From assembly GCA_027451365.1 (NCBI GenBank), contig DAIDJN010000080.1, positions 1 through 61,906 on the forward strand: 61,906 nucleotides of DNA, given 5' to 3'. The first letter of the stretch is position 1, and every line of letters begins with the position of its first letter. The DNA is from Phycisphaerales bacterium. GTDB lineage: Bacteria; Planctomycetota; Phycisphaerae; WQYP01. Under the pieces are notes generated by a model. It was not told the DNA's origin, made no database searches, and was given only the letters and a program-made list of their open reading frames with translations. Of this stretch, positions 1-9,925 are shown in pieces. Both the position numbers and the translations under genes were made by a program.

Positions 1-485
1 GCCAAATTCAAAGCAAACTTGTGCGGTCCGCCCGGATTCGAGACATCCGAAATCGACAGCCAAATTCAAAATTGCACTCGCCGCGTCCGATTTATTTTCG
101 GACGACGGCCGCCCGTCGCCTCACCCCGAAAGCCGCCTGCCTGCGCAGCAGTCTCTCCGCTGGTTCGCCAGCGCCTCACGCGCAACGGATTCCCGCCCGC
201 GCAGCAGCGCCGCACGGGCACCTGTCGGAGCCCCGACAGATTCACTCTCACGATCATTACCAGTATTTTGTTGAGTTGTCCGAGGTTGAACTGGACCGCG
301 CCCAAGGCCCCAGCCGGCCCGCACCGGCTGCGAATCAGCGGAAGCGGATAACGCCGCCATGGCTGAAAATGCCCCGGCAGAAGGCGCTTTGAACGACGCG
401 TTGATGCGGCTCAGCATTGCGCCCCCCCCCCGATTTGCGCATAATCATACGGGCAAGGAATGGATTCCCGTGTCAGGTTGATCGT

Positions 486-600
486 GGTGGTCGCGCGGTG
501 GTCGCGATTCGGTGCGTAGTCCGGATTGCGATCCGGGTTGTGGCCCGGCGTGCAATTGCGAGTGCGATCTGGAGTGCAATCCGGATTGCGGTCGTGGGCG
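486..600. repeat. degenerate 6/12-nt period tandem repeat (ccggattgcg-like units)
   Basis: Recurrent gtagtccggattgcgatccgggttgtggcccgg...gtgcaatccggattgcg; translates to NPDCTPDR-like repeats on the minus strand. Confidence 0.5.
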
Positions 601-752
601 TTGTGCAACTTCATCGCCATCGTTACCACCATACGCGGATAATCGCAGTGGAAAAGTGTGGACCTTTTAGAAAGCCCCGTTCGCAGCCCGGAGACCTGAA
701 ACGCCCCCGCGAAACGCCGACGATTTTTCCTCTGTCATTAACCTTGAGTCTA

Positions 753-800
753 AATCTACCAGCGACCGGAAAACCTGTAAAGAAAAAAAGAAAAATATTA
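753..800 (-). promoter_or_regulatory. sigma70-type promoter with AT-rich UP element, firing leftwards (TSS ~746)
   Basis: Minus strand reads TTTACA (781-776), 17 nt, TAGATT (758-753), preceded by an A/T-only-like tract (782-803). Confidence 0.6.
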
Positions 801-1005
801 TTTTCCAGCAAAATCCGCGCAACACGTTGGCTTTTTCACGGCGACTAAGTTACATTCCCCCCCTGTCGAAAAAAAGTAGCAAAATACCGGAATTGCCCAA
901 CGTTCAGCCCGACTCTCGGGCCATTGGCCGGAGAACCCCATGCCGCAATCCCGATTTACTGATCATTCGGCAACGTTGGGGCAGCCGTTGGTCGCAGATT
1001 GAATG

Positions 1006-1290
1006 TCATCTGTTCGCGGCACCCGGGGCTGAGCGAACATCTCCGGCCCCGGGCATTTGTCTGCTGGTACCCACCCGCCGACTGGAATCGGATCGTATCG
1101 GCCCGTTACGCGCAATTTGAATCGATAGAGCCAGTTCCTGTACGCCCCAAAATGTGAACCGCAAAAAAAGTGAGGCGAACATGCATGCGGAAAAATAAAT
1201 GCGCCACCGGTTTCTTCGCGGAGTCACGAATGCAATGACCAAGATTATAATTGGTCCGACGACGAGAAGGGCTGAAAATATCATAGACAT
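1006..1290 (-). CDS. hypothetical small membrane protein
   Basis: ATG preceded by GAGGAAGG; two hydrophobic segments separated by a basic loop (PRRNRWR); no family recognised. Confidence 0.35.
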   Translation of the reverse strand: MSMIFSALLVVGPIIILVIAFVTPRRNRWRIYFSACMFASLFLRFTFWGVQELALSIQIARNGPIRSDSSRRVGTSRQMPGAGDVRSAPGAANR

Positions 1291-1489
1291 CCTTCCTCAG
1301 TTTGCGTAATTGGTCTGATTGTCATGGTGCAGTTTGCCGGTAATTGCGCACCAGGCCCCATGACCTTAAGACGAGTTGGAATTAAGTATTCAGCATGTGG
1401 TATTTGGCATGAACTCGAAGCCCGGAGGGTATGAATTGCCAGACGGGGTTATAATACTTCTTCAACAGGTACGTGACGACAATTGCCCG

Positions 1490-1523
1490 GTCTAGCCTGA
1501 TAGTCTAACCTGATAGTCTAACC
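1490..1523. repeat. 13-bp tandem direct repeat (~2.6 copies) upstream of addB
   Basis: gtctagcctgata / gtctaacctgata / gtctaacc. Confidence 0.8.
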
Positions 1524-1565
1524 GGACCGTGTGACCGGGTGTCGAATAAGCTAAGAGTCAGAAAT

Positions 1566-4500
1566 ATGGCGGTACAGTGGATCATCGGCAGAGCTGGCAC
1601 GGGAAAAACCCATTGTTGCATTGCCGCTATCAAGGCCGAAGTTCAGCGCAACCCGCTTGGACCACCTATTTACCTGTTGGTGCCTGAACAGGCCGCCTTC
1701 ATGACTGAACGCCGTCTGGTAACCGGGGATACACCTCTCCGCGGGAGTTTCCGCATCCGGGTAGCCGGCATCCGTCGTTTCTGCCGCCTCGTTTCACCCC
1801 AGCTTGGACTGCCCGAACAGCCCGACCTTACGCCAATTCGCCGCACCATTCTGCTGGTACAGACCCTGCGCCAGTGCCGCGGCCGGTTGACCATATTCAA
1901 AACCATTGCCGACCGGCCCGGATTCCTTAAAATCCTCGATACCATGCTGACGGAATGGGAACAGAACGGCCAAACCGCGGCAACATTACGTCAGCTTGGC
2001 CGGCAGGCCGGCGCGGATCCGATACTGGCCGCCAAACTCGGTGATATGGCGATTCTGCTGGAAACCTGGGACCAGATTGCCGCGCCAGCCATGGCGGACA
2101 GCGGCCGGTTTGTGGCCACCACCGCCGGCGCGCTGGCCGACAGTGACGCACTCATGGCATATCAAATATATGTAGATTCATTTAGTTCATTTAATGCCCA
2201 GGAAACGCGGCTTATCGGACAACTGGGCCGCCGCACCGAAAACCTGACAATCACCCTTCTGGCCGATCCGCAAAGCGCCGCCATACAAGACCCTGATCAA
2301 CCACTTGATGAACTGGGTACTTTTTATAGAACGCAATTGCTTTACCGGCGGCTCTCGCTTGCCTTCGCGCAGGCCGGTGCGGAAGTCAGACCGATTAAAG
2401 CGTTGCTGGAGTCCCGGCGGTTTGCCGCGCCTTTGCTGGCCGAATGGGAAAGCTGTCTGAGCCGGTCCGGGGATGCGCCGCCCGACCCGATTCCGCCGCA
2501 AATTCAATCCGCCGCCATTGAAGTCTGGTCCGGGGCCGACGCGGAAGCCGAAGTGCTGGCCGTGGCCCGCCATATTCAGCGCTGCACCGGCAATGGCATG
2601 CGTTACCGGGATATGGGCCTGGTCGTCGGCGATATGCCGCAGTATGAAGACATGATCACGCGCATTTTCACCGCGCGAAATATCCCGTTTTTTCTGGATC
2701 GTCGCGCCGGCCTGACACATCACCCCCTGCTGGAACTGCTGCGCGGCGCCATGGGTCTGGCCGCGGGCGACCGTTCGCGGACCGCACTGTTGGCTTTTGT
2801 AAAAACCCGCCTGACCGGTGTGCCACCGGCCGATACCGCCGCCTTGGAAAATTACCTTATCGCCCACGGGCTTGATGATTGCGATCTTTCCCGCGCGTGG
2901 CAATGGCATGCGCTGCCCACCGATCCGGTTGCCGACGAACCCTCGCAACACCAGCGGAGTGAAATGGCCGCCGCCAATCGCAGCCGACAACTGCTGTTCG
3001 CGGCATTGCAGCCATGGCTGGCCTGCGCACAGGCCGACGCACCGGCTGTTTCCGGCGGCGGGCTTGCGAGCGCATTGATAGAATTAATTGAAAGGATGGA
3101 GGTAAAGGAAACCCTCGAAAAATGGATTTCAGCCGAGCGTGCCGCCGGAAATCCGCAGATGGCGCAAATTCATGAACAGGCCTGGGGGCAGACCCTGCTG
3201 GCCCTGCAGGAAATGCGCACACTTCTGCCCCAGGGGCCAATGCCGCTGGACGAATTCGCTCAACTGCTGTTTTCCACACTCGAAAATATCACACTGGGGC
3301 TGGTGCCGCCTGCGCCGGATCAGGTTCTGGTCAGTTCCGCCACGCGATCGCGGCATCCAGAACTGCGGCATGTGATTGTTCTGGGTGTGGTGGAAACGCA
3401 ATTTCCCAAGGTAACCACGGAAGACCCCATGCTGGACAACCGCCAGAGGAGGCTGCTGAATACCATCAGCGAAGGTTGCGTGAATCCGGGAAGCGACGAC
3501 AATCTTTTACAAGCCCGCTTTTTTGACTACATTGCCTTCACCCGCTCCAGTGAAAAACTGATTCTGACCTGGCCGCAAAAAGATAGCCAGGGTGCCCGCA
3601 CAATTCCCAGTACTTACCTTGAGCAGTTGGAAAAGGCATTTGCGGTACGGTCCAGGCCCGTACAAATCACCGGTTTGGCGGCGGCTACATGCGCAACTGA
3701 CATTCTGGACGGGGTAACCACTGGCCTGATCGCGGCCCGCAACGGTGGCAGCCTTGACCATGCGGGCGAACCGGCGGCCGATCTTCTGGCAGCGTATACC
3801 TGGCTTCGGCATCACACGGATCCGTCCGTCAGCCAGGCGGTCCGGCAGGCATGGGATTGCCTTGCGCCAAAAAATCCCGCTTCAGTCGCCGCCCCATATC
3901 AGCCGGATGCCGCACGCCGGTTGAAACAGATCAGCATCTCACAACTTCAGACTGCGGCCGCCTGCCGTCTGCAATATTTTCTGAAATACACGCTGGGTCT
4001 GCGTCCACAGGCGAAGTTGATGATGGACGCCATAACCCTGGGGCAGATATACCACCAGATTCTGGAACAGTTCTATCGTGGAATTATTGATATTCCTTTA
4101 TATAACAACCACGTCTGGCCAGACTGGCCACCGGAAACCATTGCCGCCCGACTGGACGCGGCCATGGCCGCGCAAACCGTTACCTTGGAAAAAGAAATGT
4201 TTGCCGGCCAGCCGGAAACCCGGGTGATGCTGGCCACCATCCGAAGAAACCTTCTGTTGCTGCTGGAAGCGCATCATCAGGCGGCATTGCGGAATCAGTT
4301 CCGCCCCACCGCGGTGGAACAGGTTTTCGGCGATCCAAATGCCGCATCCTTTATTCCGGGATTTTTCATTGAACCGGCCGCCGGTACGATATTGCCCGTT
4401 CGCGGCAAAATAGACCGGCTGGATACAACCCCGGATGGCGCGGCCATCGTGCTGGATTACAAAACATCCAGCGGACAGAAATTCAACGCGGTCTTAATGG

Positions 4501-5093
4501 AAGCCGGACTGGACCTGCAATTGATCGGCTATCTGATGGCCCTGCAGAAGGCGACACGTCCCGATGGCACGGAGCTTCAGCCGGTCGGGGCATTTTATCA
4601 GTTCGTGCGGGGCAAAGCCGAGACAATGACAAGCAAGGGCGAAGCCATTTCACCTGCCGATGCCAAATATTATAAACCTTGCCTTCCCCGCGGACTTTTT
4701 GATTCCGATTTTTCCAACGCGTTGGAAACAGGCAGCGTACAGAACCGCAAAGGAAACTGGTTCAGCATTTCATATACGAAGGAGGGTGCCCCCGCCAGAC
4801 GGGGTCACGACGGAGTTTCCGCCGAACAGTTCGCACAACTTCTGCGCATCGCACGCAAAACCATGGAACGCCTCGCCGGCGAAATTCTGTCCGGTTCCAC
4901 CATACCGGCCCCTTTTAGGTTAGGGACGAAAACAGCCTGCACACACTGTGATTTTGAAAATCTATGTCCATTTGACCGGCAATATGGGCACTATCGGAAA
5001 ATTCCCGCCGGCATCAGCGGTATCAATGCCATTGAAAGCGTGCTGATTGGGAACAATTCCCAGGCCGACGGCGACCCGCGGGAGGGAAATTAA
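1566..5093 (+). CDS. addB: ATP-dependent helicase/nuclease subunit B (AddB/RexB)
   Basis: N-terminal GRAGTGKT and LLVPEQ; C-terminal PD-(D/E)XK nuclease (GKIDRLD..LDYKT); Fe-S cysteines (C..CTHC...C); stop abuts addA start. Confidence 0.93.
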   Translation: MAVQWIIGRAGTGKTHCCIAAIKAEVQRNPLGPPIYLLVPEQAAFMTERRLVTGDTPLRGSFRIRVAGIRRFCRLVSPQLGLPEQPDLTPIRRTILLVQTLRQCRGRLTIFKTIADRPGFLKILDTMLTEWEQNGQTAATLRQLGRQAGADPILAAKLGDMAILLETWDQIAAPAMADSGRFVATTAGALADSDALMAYQIYVDSFSSFNAQETRLIGQLGRRTENLTITLLADPQSAAIQDPDQPLDELGTFYRTQLLYRRLSLAFAQAGAEVRPIKALLESRRFAAPLLAEWESCLSRSGDAPPDPIPPQIQSAAIEVWSGADAEAEVLAVARHIQRCTGNGMRYRDMGLVVGDMPQYEDMITRIFTARNIPFFLDRRAGLTHHPLLELLRGAMGLAAGDRSRTALLAFVKTRLTGVPPADTAALENYLIAHGLDDCDLSRAWQWHALPTDPVADEPSQHQRSEMAAANRSRQLLFAALQPWLACAQADAPAVSGGGLASALIELIERMEVKETLEKWISAERAAGNPQMAQIHEQAWGQTLLALQEMRTLLPQGPMPLDEFAQLLFSTLENITLGLVPPAPDQVLVSSATRSRHPELRHVIVLGVVETQFPKVTTEDPMLDNRQRRLLNTISEGCVNPGSDDNLLQARFFDYIAFTRSSEKLILTWPQKDSQGARTIPSTYLEQLEKAFAVRSRPVQITGLAAATCATDILDGVTTGLIAARNGGSLDHAGEPAADLLAAYTWLRHHTDPSVSQAVRQAWDCLAPKNPASVAAPYQPDAARRLKQISISQLQTAAACRLQYFLKYTLGLRPQAKLMMDAITLGQIYHQILEQFYRGIIDIPLYNNHVWPDWPPETIAARLDAAMAAQTVTLEKEMFAGQPETRVMLATIRRNLLLLLEAHHQAALRNQFRPTAVEQVFGDPNAASFIPGFFIEPAAGTILPVRGKIDRLDTTPDGAAIVLDYKTSSGQKFNAVLMEAGLDLQLIGYLMALQKATRPDGTELQPVGAFYQFVRGKAETMTSKGEAISPADAKYYKPCLPRGLFDSDFSNALETGSVQNRKGNWFSISYTKEGAPARRGHDGVSAEQFAQLLRIARKTMERLAGEILSGSTIPAPFRLGTKTACTHCDFENLCPFDRQYGHYRKIPAGISGINAIESVLIGNNSQADGDPREGN

Positions 5094-8000
5094 ATGAAAC
5101 CGAATTTCACCCCGATTCAGCAGCAGGCCATTGGCCACCGCAGCGGAGTTCTGATGGTTCAGGCGGCGGCCGGTTCGGGAAAAACCACCGTCCTTTCCGA
5201 ACGATGCGCCAGTCTGATTGCCGATGGCCCGAACCCGGCCGATATTTCCGAGTTGCTGGTCATGACCTTTACCCGCGAAGCGGCCGGGCAGATGCGCAGC
5301 GGCATTGCCAAAGCTCTGCGGTCGCGCGTTGGCGGCCGATCGGCAGACCGACGGCTGTGGCAGCAAGCGGCCCTGGTCGATCAGGCACACATCTGCACCT
5401 TCGATTCATTTTGTGCATGGCTGGTGCGAAGCTGTTTTGCGCAAGTCGGCCAGGACCCCGGATTCAGCGTGATGGATGCCGTTGAATCGCGCCTTCTTTT
5501 CCAGGATTGCTTCCGCCGCACGCTGCGCAAGTGGCTGACGCGAAACGATGACCAGTCGATTGCGTTCGCCGATATTTTTAACCAGTATGCGGATTCATCG
5601 ATTCGCATGCTGGAACAAATGCTTAATCCTATGGAATCCACCCTGACGAATTTGCCCGATCCGGAAGCCTGGGCCAATGCCGCCAGGCAACAAACCGCCG
5701 GCCTGACACAGGTGGTTGAATATTATCGTCCGCAGTTTCAGGCGCTTGTTGACGCGCTGGCAGCGGCTTTGGAAAATGCAAACTATCAGGCGGATCCGAA
5801 TAAAACAATGGTCAGCGCGTTGAAGGACGTGCATGCGGCGGTTCTTCAGGCCGCCAAAACAACCGACCTGCACCACCCCGAAATCTGGGATCGCGTGCTG
5901 GCACGGATTTTAACCGCGAAGTTTCCAGATAAGACCGGGGGGCTGAAAAAATCCTGTCATGACTACCCACAGGCATTGGAATTCCGCCAAGGCCCATACA
6001 TCCTGCTCAAGAATGAATTCACCTCACTGGCGCAGCAGATTTCCTCGTTCGACAGTCGCCGGATAGCGAATGACGACAAGGAAAGCTGTCGCGTGGCCGG
6101 AATCCTGCTGAATTTTCGCCAAGCATGCCACCATGAATTCACGCAGGCGAAGGCCGCTTTGGGAAATCTGGATTTTTCCGATATTACGCATCTGGCCCTG
6201 CGGGCACTTAAACCCTCCGCCCCCGGCGAGCCCCCCAATCCTCTGCCCGATCTGATTCAACGACGATTCAAACATTTTCTGGTAGATGAATACCAGGATA
6301 TAAATCCGGTCCAACAGGAACTTCTGCGGCGGCTGACTCCGCTGATTAACCAAAGCCGCGCGGTATCCGCACTTTCATTGCCTGCCGCCGAAAGCTTTTT
6401 TGGTGTGGGCGATGTTCATCAAAGCATTTACGCTTTCCGCGGCAGCGAGCCGGCCATTATGGATCAGCAATGTCAGGCTTTGGGTGGCCTGCCCATGCCG
6501 GACAATTTCCGCACCCTGCCGCCACTAATTGATGCTTTGAACTCTATTTTTTCCGTCATTTTCGACCATCACCGCCTCCCGGCGGATGGCTCCTTGACAG
6601 CGCAATTGGCCCCGCTGCTTAAGGCGGGCCGCCCAGGCGCGCCAGATTCCGACCCGCTGATCCTCACCGGTGCCCCGGTCACGCTGCATGTCATCGCATC
6701 CCGGCCGCACAGTCGAAGCGCCGCGCAAGCCGATGGGGAATTCGAATCCGCCCCGGAAAACATGGAAGAAGAAGAACTCTCCACTGGCGAAACCAGCCAA
6801 TCGGGAGCGGGTCAAGAGGATACGCTGGCGGAACTTGAAAGCACCCAGCGGGAAGCCTGCGTAATCGCCGCCGAAATAAAGAAGATAATCGATACAGGAC
6901 GGACAATTACCGGCAAAGCCGGGGCCGGCCGCAGCGCCGAATTGTCCGACATTGTTATTCTTATGCGGTCCGTTCGGTCAACCGCATCTGTTTTGGTGCG
7001 CACGCTTCAAGATTCCGGAATTCCAGCTTTTGCGGAGTTGCGCACCGGCTTTTTCGAGTCCCAGGAAGTATTGGAAATGCTGGATCTGCTGAATGTCCTG
7101 GATAATCCGGCACAGGATATTTCCATCGCGGGGGTCCTTCTGGGTTCTTTTGGCGGGTTCTCTCATCATGATTTATTGCAGATCCGGACCGCATTTCCCG
7201 ACCGGCACGCCGTGCCGTTCCATCAAGCCGTGGCACAATATGCGAAGGTTGGCCCCGCCGGAAGAGAACTGGCCGGCGTCATCGCCGCCGGGCAATCGTC
7301 AGACCTAGCAGCCAGAGTACACGCACTTCTGGACCGCCTTGAGAATTGGCGCAAGCAAATTTACACGCTTGGCGTGGCCACTGGCATGGCCCATATTTTT
7401 CAGGAAGTGAATCTGTTTTCCCGCGTGCTGGCCAAGCCGCATGGGCGGAGGCGGGTCGCAAATCTTAAACTGCTGCATCAAAAAGCCGTACAATTCGGCG
7501 GGTTTCACGCCCAAGGACTTGCCCGCTTTAACGCCTTCGTACAAAACGTTCGCGAAAGCAGCGATACCGATTTTGGCGAAGCGCCGCTGGGTGATTTAAA
7601 TGCGGTGCGTATCATGTCCGTTCATGCCAGCAAGGGTCTGGAATTTCCGATTGTATTTCTTGCGGGACTTGGCCGTAAGTTCAATCTGGAAAATGGCCAC
7701 AGCAAACTTCTGGCCAGCCAGGATGTCGGCATCGGTCTGAAACTATTTGATCCGCAAAATAAGGATTTTCGCGAGACGATTGGCCATCGGATCATCGCGA
7801 AAAACATGCGCGACCGCGAATTGGCTGAAGAAGCCCGGATTCTGTATGTGGCCATGACCCGCGCCCGCGACCATCTGGTGCTGGTTGGACATGCCACCGA
7901 GGGGCAAATTGAAGATTGGGATAAATTTCATGCACCGAAAATCAAAAAAAATATTGCGAATCCGTTGAACTGGCTAGGCCCGATTTTCAGCAGTGGTCAA

Positions 8001-8996
8001 AATAAACAACCGCCGCGGTCCGGGATTTTGGAACGCATTGTGCACGACAGTGCCACTATCCGACTGCCCACAGTCATTGCGCCGCCCCGGACCGCGCCGG
8101 AGGATTCCGATTCGCCGTTAAAACGTATGCTTGCCTTTGAACCGATTGCATCACATCAGAATCCGTCCGCTGGAGACGCTCTGACTTTTGCCTTGAAACT
8201 GGCAACTGAACCATACCCGCACCTTTTTCAGACACACCTTCCCGCGGTCTGCACGGTCAGCCAGTTAAAAAGTCGGGTACAGGAAAATGCGATCGAATCA
8301 GATAACCCGACGGCTTTACTTGCCGAATTAACCGATGCCGGCGCAGAGACCGAACCCGTAAAGGCAACGGATGTGTCGCTGCCCGGATTTCCGGAAATAA
8401 AAGGGACGGCCGCCGCGGCTGTCGGATCGATCACACACCGGATACTGGAACTCATCGATTTTTCCATTGCCCCCACACTCGGGGCTGTGCAGGAACAGAT
8501 TTCGGCAATGATACTTGCGGGACGACTGACCAAAGCGGAAGCGACCTCGGTTGCCATCGACCAGTTGGTCTGGTTTCTGACCACTCCGACCGCCCGCCGC
8601 CTTGCTAAAGCAACGCAAAATGGAGGCAAGCTGTATCGCGAGCTGACATTCTTCTGCACTCGGCCACCCGATGAAATACCCCATCTATCGCCGGCTTGTG
8701 GAACCGAAGCGCTCATGCCGGCCGCAGCACCACCCACCAGCCCGGCCGATCGGCTGCTTGTTCGCGGAGCGATTGATGCCCTGGTAATCGATGACCAGGG
8801 AATTCTTCTGATTGATTATAAAACGGATGCGACCGGCAATATCGCCGCGCGGCGCGCCATGTACCAGTTTCAGGTGCGGCTGTACGCCCAAGCGGTTCGG
8901 GAAATTCTGCAACTTCCTGAAACGACACCGATGGAGGGCATATTGGTATTTATGCGCGCCCAAAAATGTGAGATCGTTCCACTGGAAATCAAGTGA
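5094..8996 (+). CDS. addA: ATP-dependent helicase/nuclease subunit A (AddA, UvrD family)
   Basis: AAAGSGKT, VDEYQD, GDVHQSIYAFRG, MSVHASKGLEF, YVAMTRA and C-terminal GAIDAL..IDYKT nuclease. Confidence 0.95.
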   Translation: MKPNFTPIQQQAIGHRSGVLMVQAAAGSGKTTVLSERCASLIADGPNPADISELLVMTFTREAAGQMRSGIAKALRSRVGGRSADRRLWQQAALVDQAHICTFDSFCAWLVRSCFAQVGQDPGFSVMDAVESRLLFQDCFRRTLRKWLTRNDDQSIAFADIFNQYADSSIRMLEQMLNPMESTLTNLPDPEAWANAARQQTAGLTQVVEYYRPQFQALVDALAAALENANYQADPNKTMVSALKDVHAAVLQAAKTTDLHHPEIWDRVLARILTAKFPDKTGGLKKSCHDYPQALEFRQGPYILLKNEFTSLAQQISSFDSRRIANDDKESCRVAGILLNFRQACHHEFTQAKAALGNLDFSDITHLALRALKPSAPGEPPNPLPDLIQRRFKHFLVDEYQDINPVQQELLRRLTPLINQSRAVSALSLPAAESFFGVGDVHQSIYAFRGSEPAIMDQQCQALGGLPMPDNFRTLPPLIDALNSIFSVIFDHHRLPADGSLTAQLAPLLKAGRPGAPDSDPLILTGAPVTLHVIASRPHSRSAAQADGEFESAPENMEEEELSTGETSQSGAGQEDTLAELESTQREACVIAAEIKKIIDTGRTITGKAGAGRSAELSDIVILMRSVRSTASVLVRTLQDSGIPAFAELRTGFFESQEVLEMLDLLNVLDNPAQDISIAGVLLGSFGGFSHHDLLQIRTAFPDRHAVPFHQAVAQYAKVGPAGRELAGVIAAGQSSDLAARVHALLDRLENWRKQIYTLGVATGMAHIFQEVNLFSRVLAKPHGRRRVANLKLLHQKAVQFGGFHAQGLARFNAFVQNVRESSDTDFGEAPLGDLNAVRIMSVHASKGLEFPIVFLAGLGRKFNLENGHSKLLASQDVGIGLKLFDPQNKDFRETIGHRIIAKNMRDRELAEEARILYVAMTRARDHLVLVGHATEGQIEDWDKFHAPKIKKNIANPLNWLGPIFSSGQNKQPPRSGILERIVHDSATIRLPTVIAPPRTAPEDSDSPLKRMLAFEPIASHQNPSAGDALTFALKLATEPYPHLFQTHLPAVCTVSQLKSRVQENAIESDNPTALLAELTDAGAETEPVKATDVSLPGFPEIKGTAAAAVGSITHRILELIDFSIAPTLGAVQEQISAMILAGRLTKAEATSVAIDQLVWFLTTPTARRLAKATQNGGKLYRELTFFCTRPPDEIPHLSPACGTEALMPAAAPPTSPADRLLVRGAIDALVIDDQGILLIDYKTDATGNIAARRAMYQFQVRLYAQAVREILQLPETTPMEGILVFMRAQKCEIVPLEIK

Positions 8997-9104
8997 TTCC
9001 GAACGCGCAAATAAGTTCACGGCGGATCGGGCAGAATGGCGGCACCGGCCAAATGCCGGCAAGAATGCAAAATGAGACTCAAAAAAAACTGATGGAAAGA
9101 GAAA

Positions 9105-9176
9105 AGCGGGCGAAGAGATTCGAACTCTCGACATTCACGTTGGCAACGTGACGCTCTACCACTGAGCTACGCCCGC
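9105..9176 (-). tRNA. tRNA-Gly (GCC)
   Basis: GCGGGCG acceptor stem, AGCTCAGTGGTAGAGC D arm, CACGT-TGCCA-ACGTG anticodon arm, GTTCGAATC T loop; CCA not encoded. Confidence 0.97.
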
Positions 9177-9197
9177 AGAGCAACAGTCGGATGAAGG

Positions 9198-9225
9198 ATT
9201 ATAACCGAATCGGAACACTTGTAAA
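9198..9225 (-). promoter_or_regulatory. sigma70-type promoter of tRNA-Gly
   Basis: TTTACA-16 nt-TATAAT about 20 nt upstream of the tRNA. Confidence 0.7.
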
Positions 9226-9345
9226 CATCTGTTTTGCGACAAAAAAGCCAGCGGTTCAATTCGGTTCTTTACTCAGCCGCCGAAAATTGCGCTGCGAACC
9301 AAAGACCCGCGGCTCAAACAATCCGGAGGCCGACCTTCAGCGGAT

Positions 9346-9780
9346 TCAGTTCGCGGCCGTCTTTTCACCAACGCTTTTAGCCAAACCGACGAGTTGAATA
9401 ATGACAATGTCGCCGGCGTCACCAACGCGCCATTCGGCGGTTTTTATGATGCGGGTATAGCCGCCCGGCCGATCCGCAAAATGCGGAGCGACTTCATTGA
9501 ACAGCTTCTGCACCACGGAATCATCCTGCAACATTTCCCGATCCTTGGGATCGGTCATGAGGCGGTCATGGAGCCGCGAAATTACCAGGCGGCGGGCCGC
9601 GAGGGTCTTTTTCTTGGCAAGTGTGATGATGGGTTCAATGAAACGAACCAGTTCCTTGGCTTTGGGAAGCGTGGTGCGGATCTCTCCGTGTTCAATCAGC
9701 GACTGGGCCAGATTGCGCAGCAGCGCGCTGCGATGGGCCGCCGTGCGGGAAAGCCGTCTGCCTACAACAAGATGACGCAT
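9346..9780 (-). CDS. rplQ: 50S ribosomal protein L17
   Basis: MRH...LSRTAAHRSALLRN, IRTTLPKAKE, RPGGYTRIIK. Confidence 0.98.
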   Translation of the reverse strand: MRHLVVGRRLSRTAAHRSALLRNLAQSLIEHGEIRTTLPKAKELVRFIEPIITLAKKKTLAARRLVISRLHDRLMTDPKDREMLQDDSVVQKLFNEVAPHFADRPGGYTRIIKTAEWRVGDAGDIVIIQLVGLAKSVGEKTAAN

Positions 9781-9925
9781 GAGACAATCTCCAGATTTTT
9801 AAATCCCGATGTACAACCTTTTTATACACCGGGAATCAGAGGCCAATTCGCAATTGGCCGATTTACCACAGTTGCCAATGGCACCCGATCGCCACGCCCG
9901 GAAGCGTAGCGGCGGATCATCAGCC

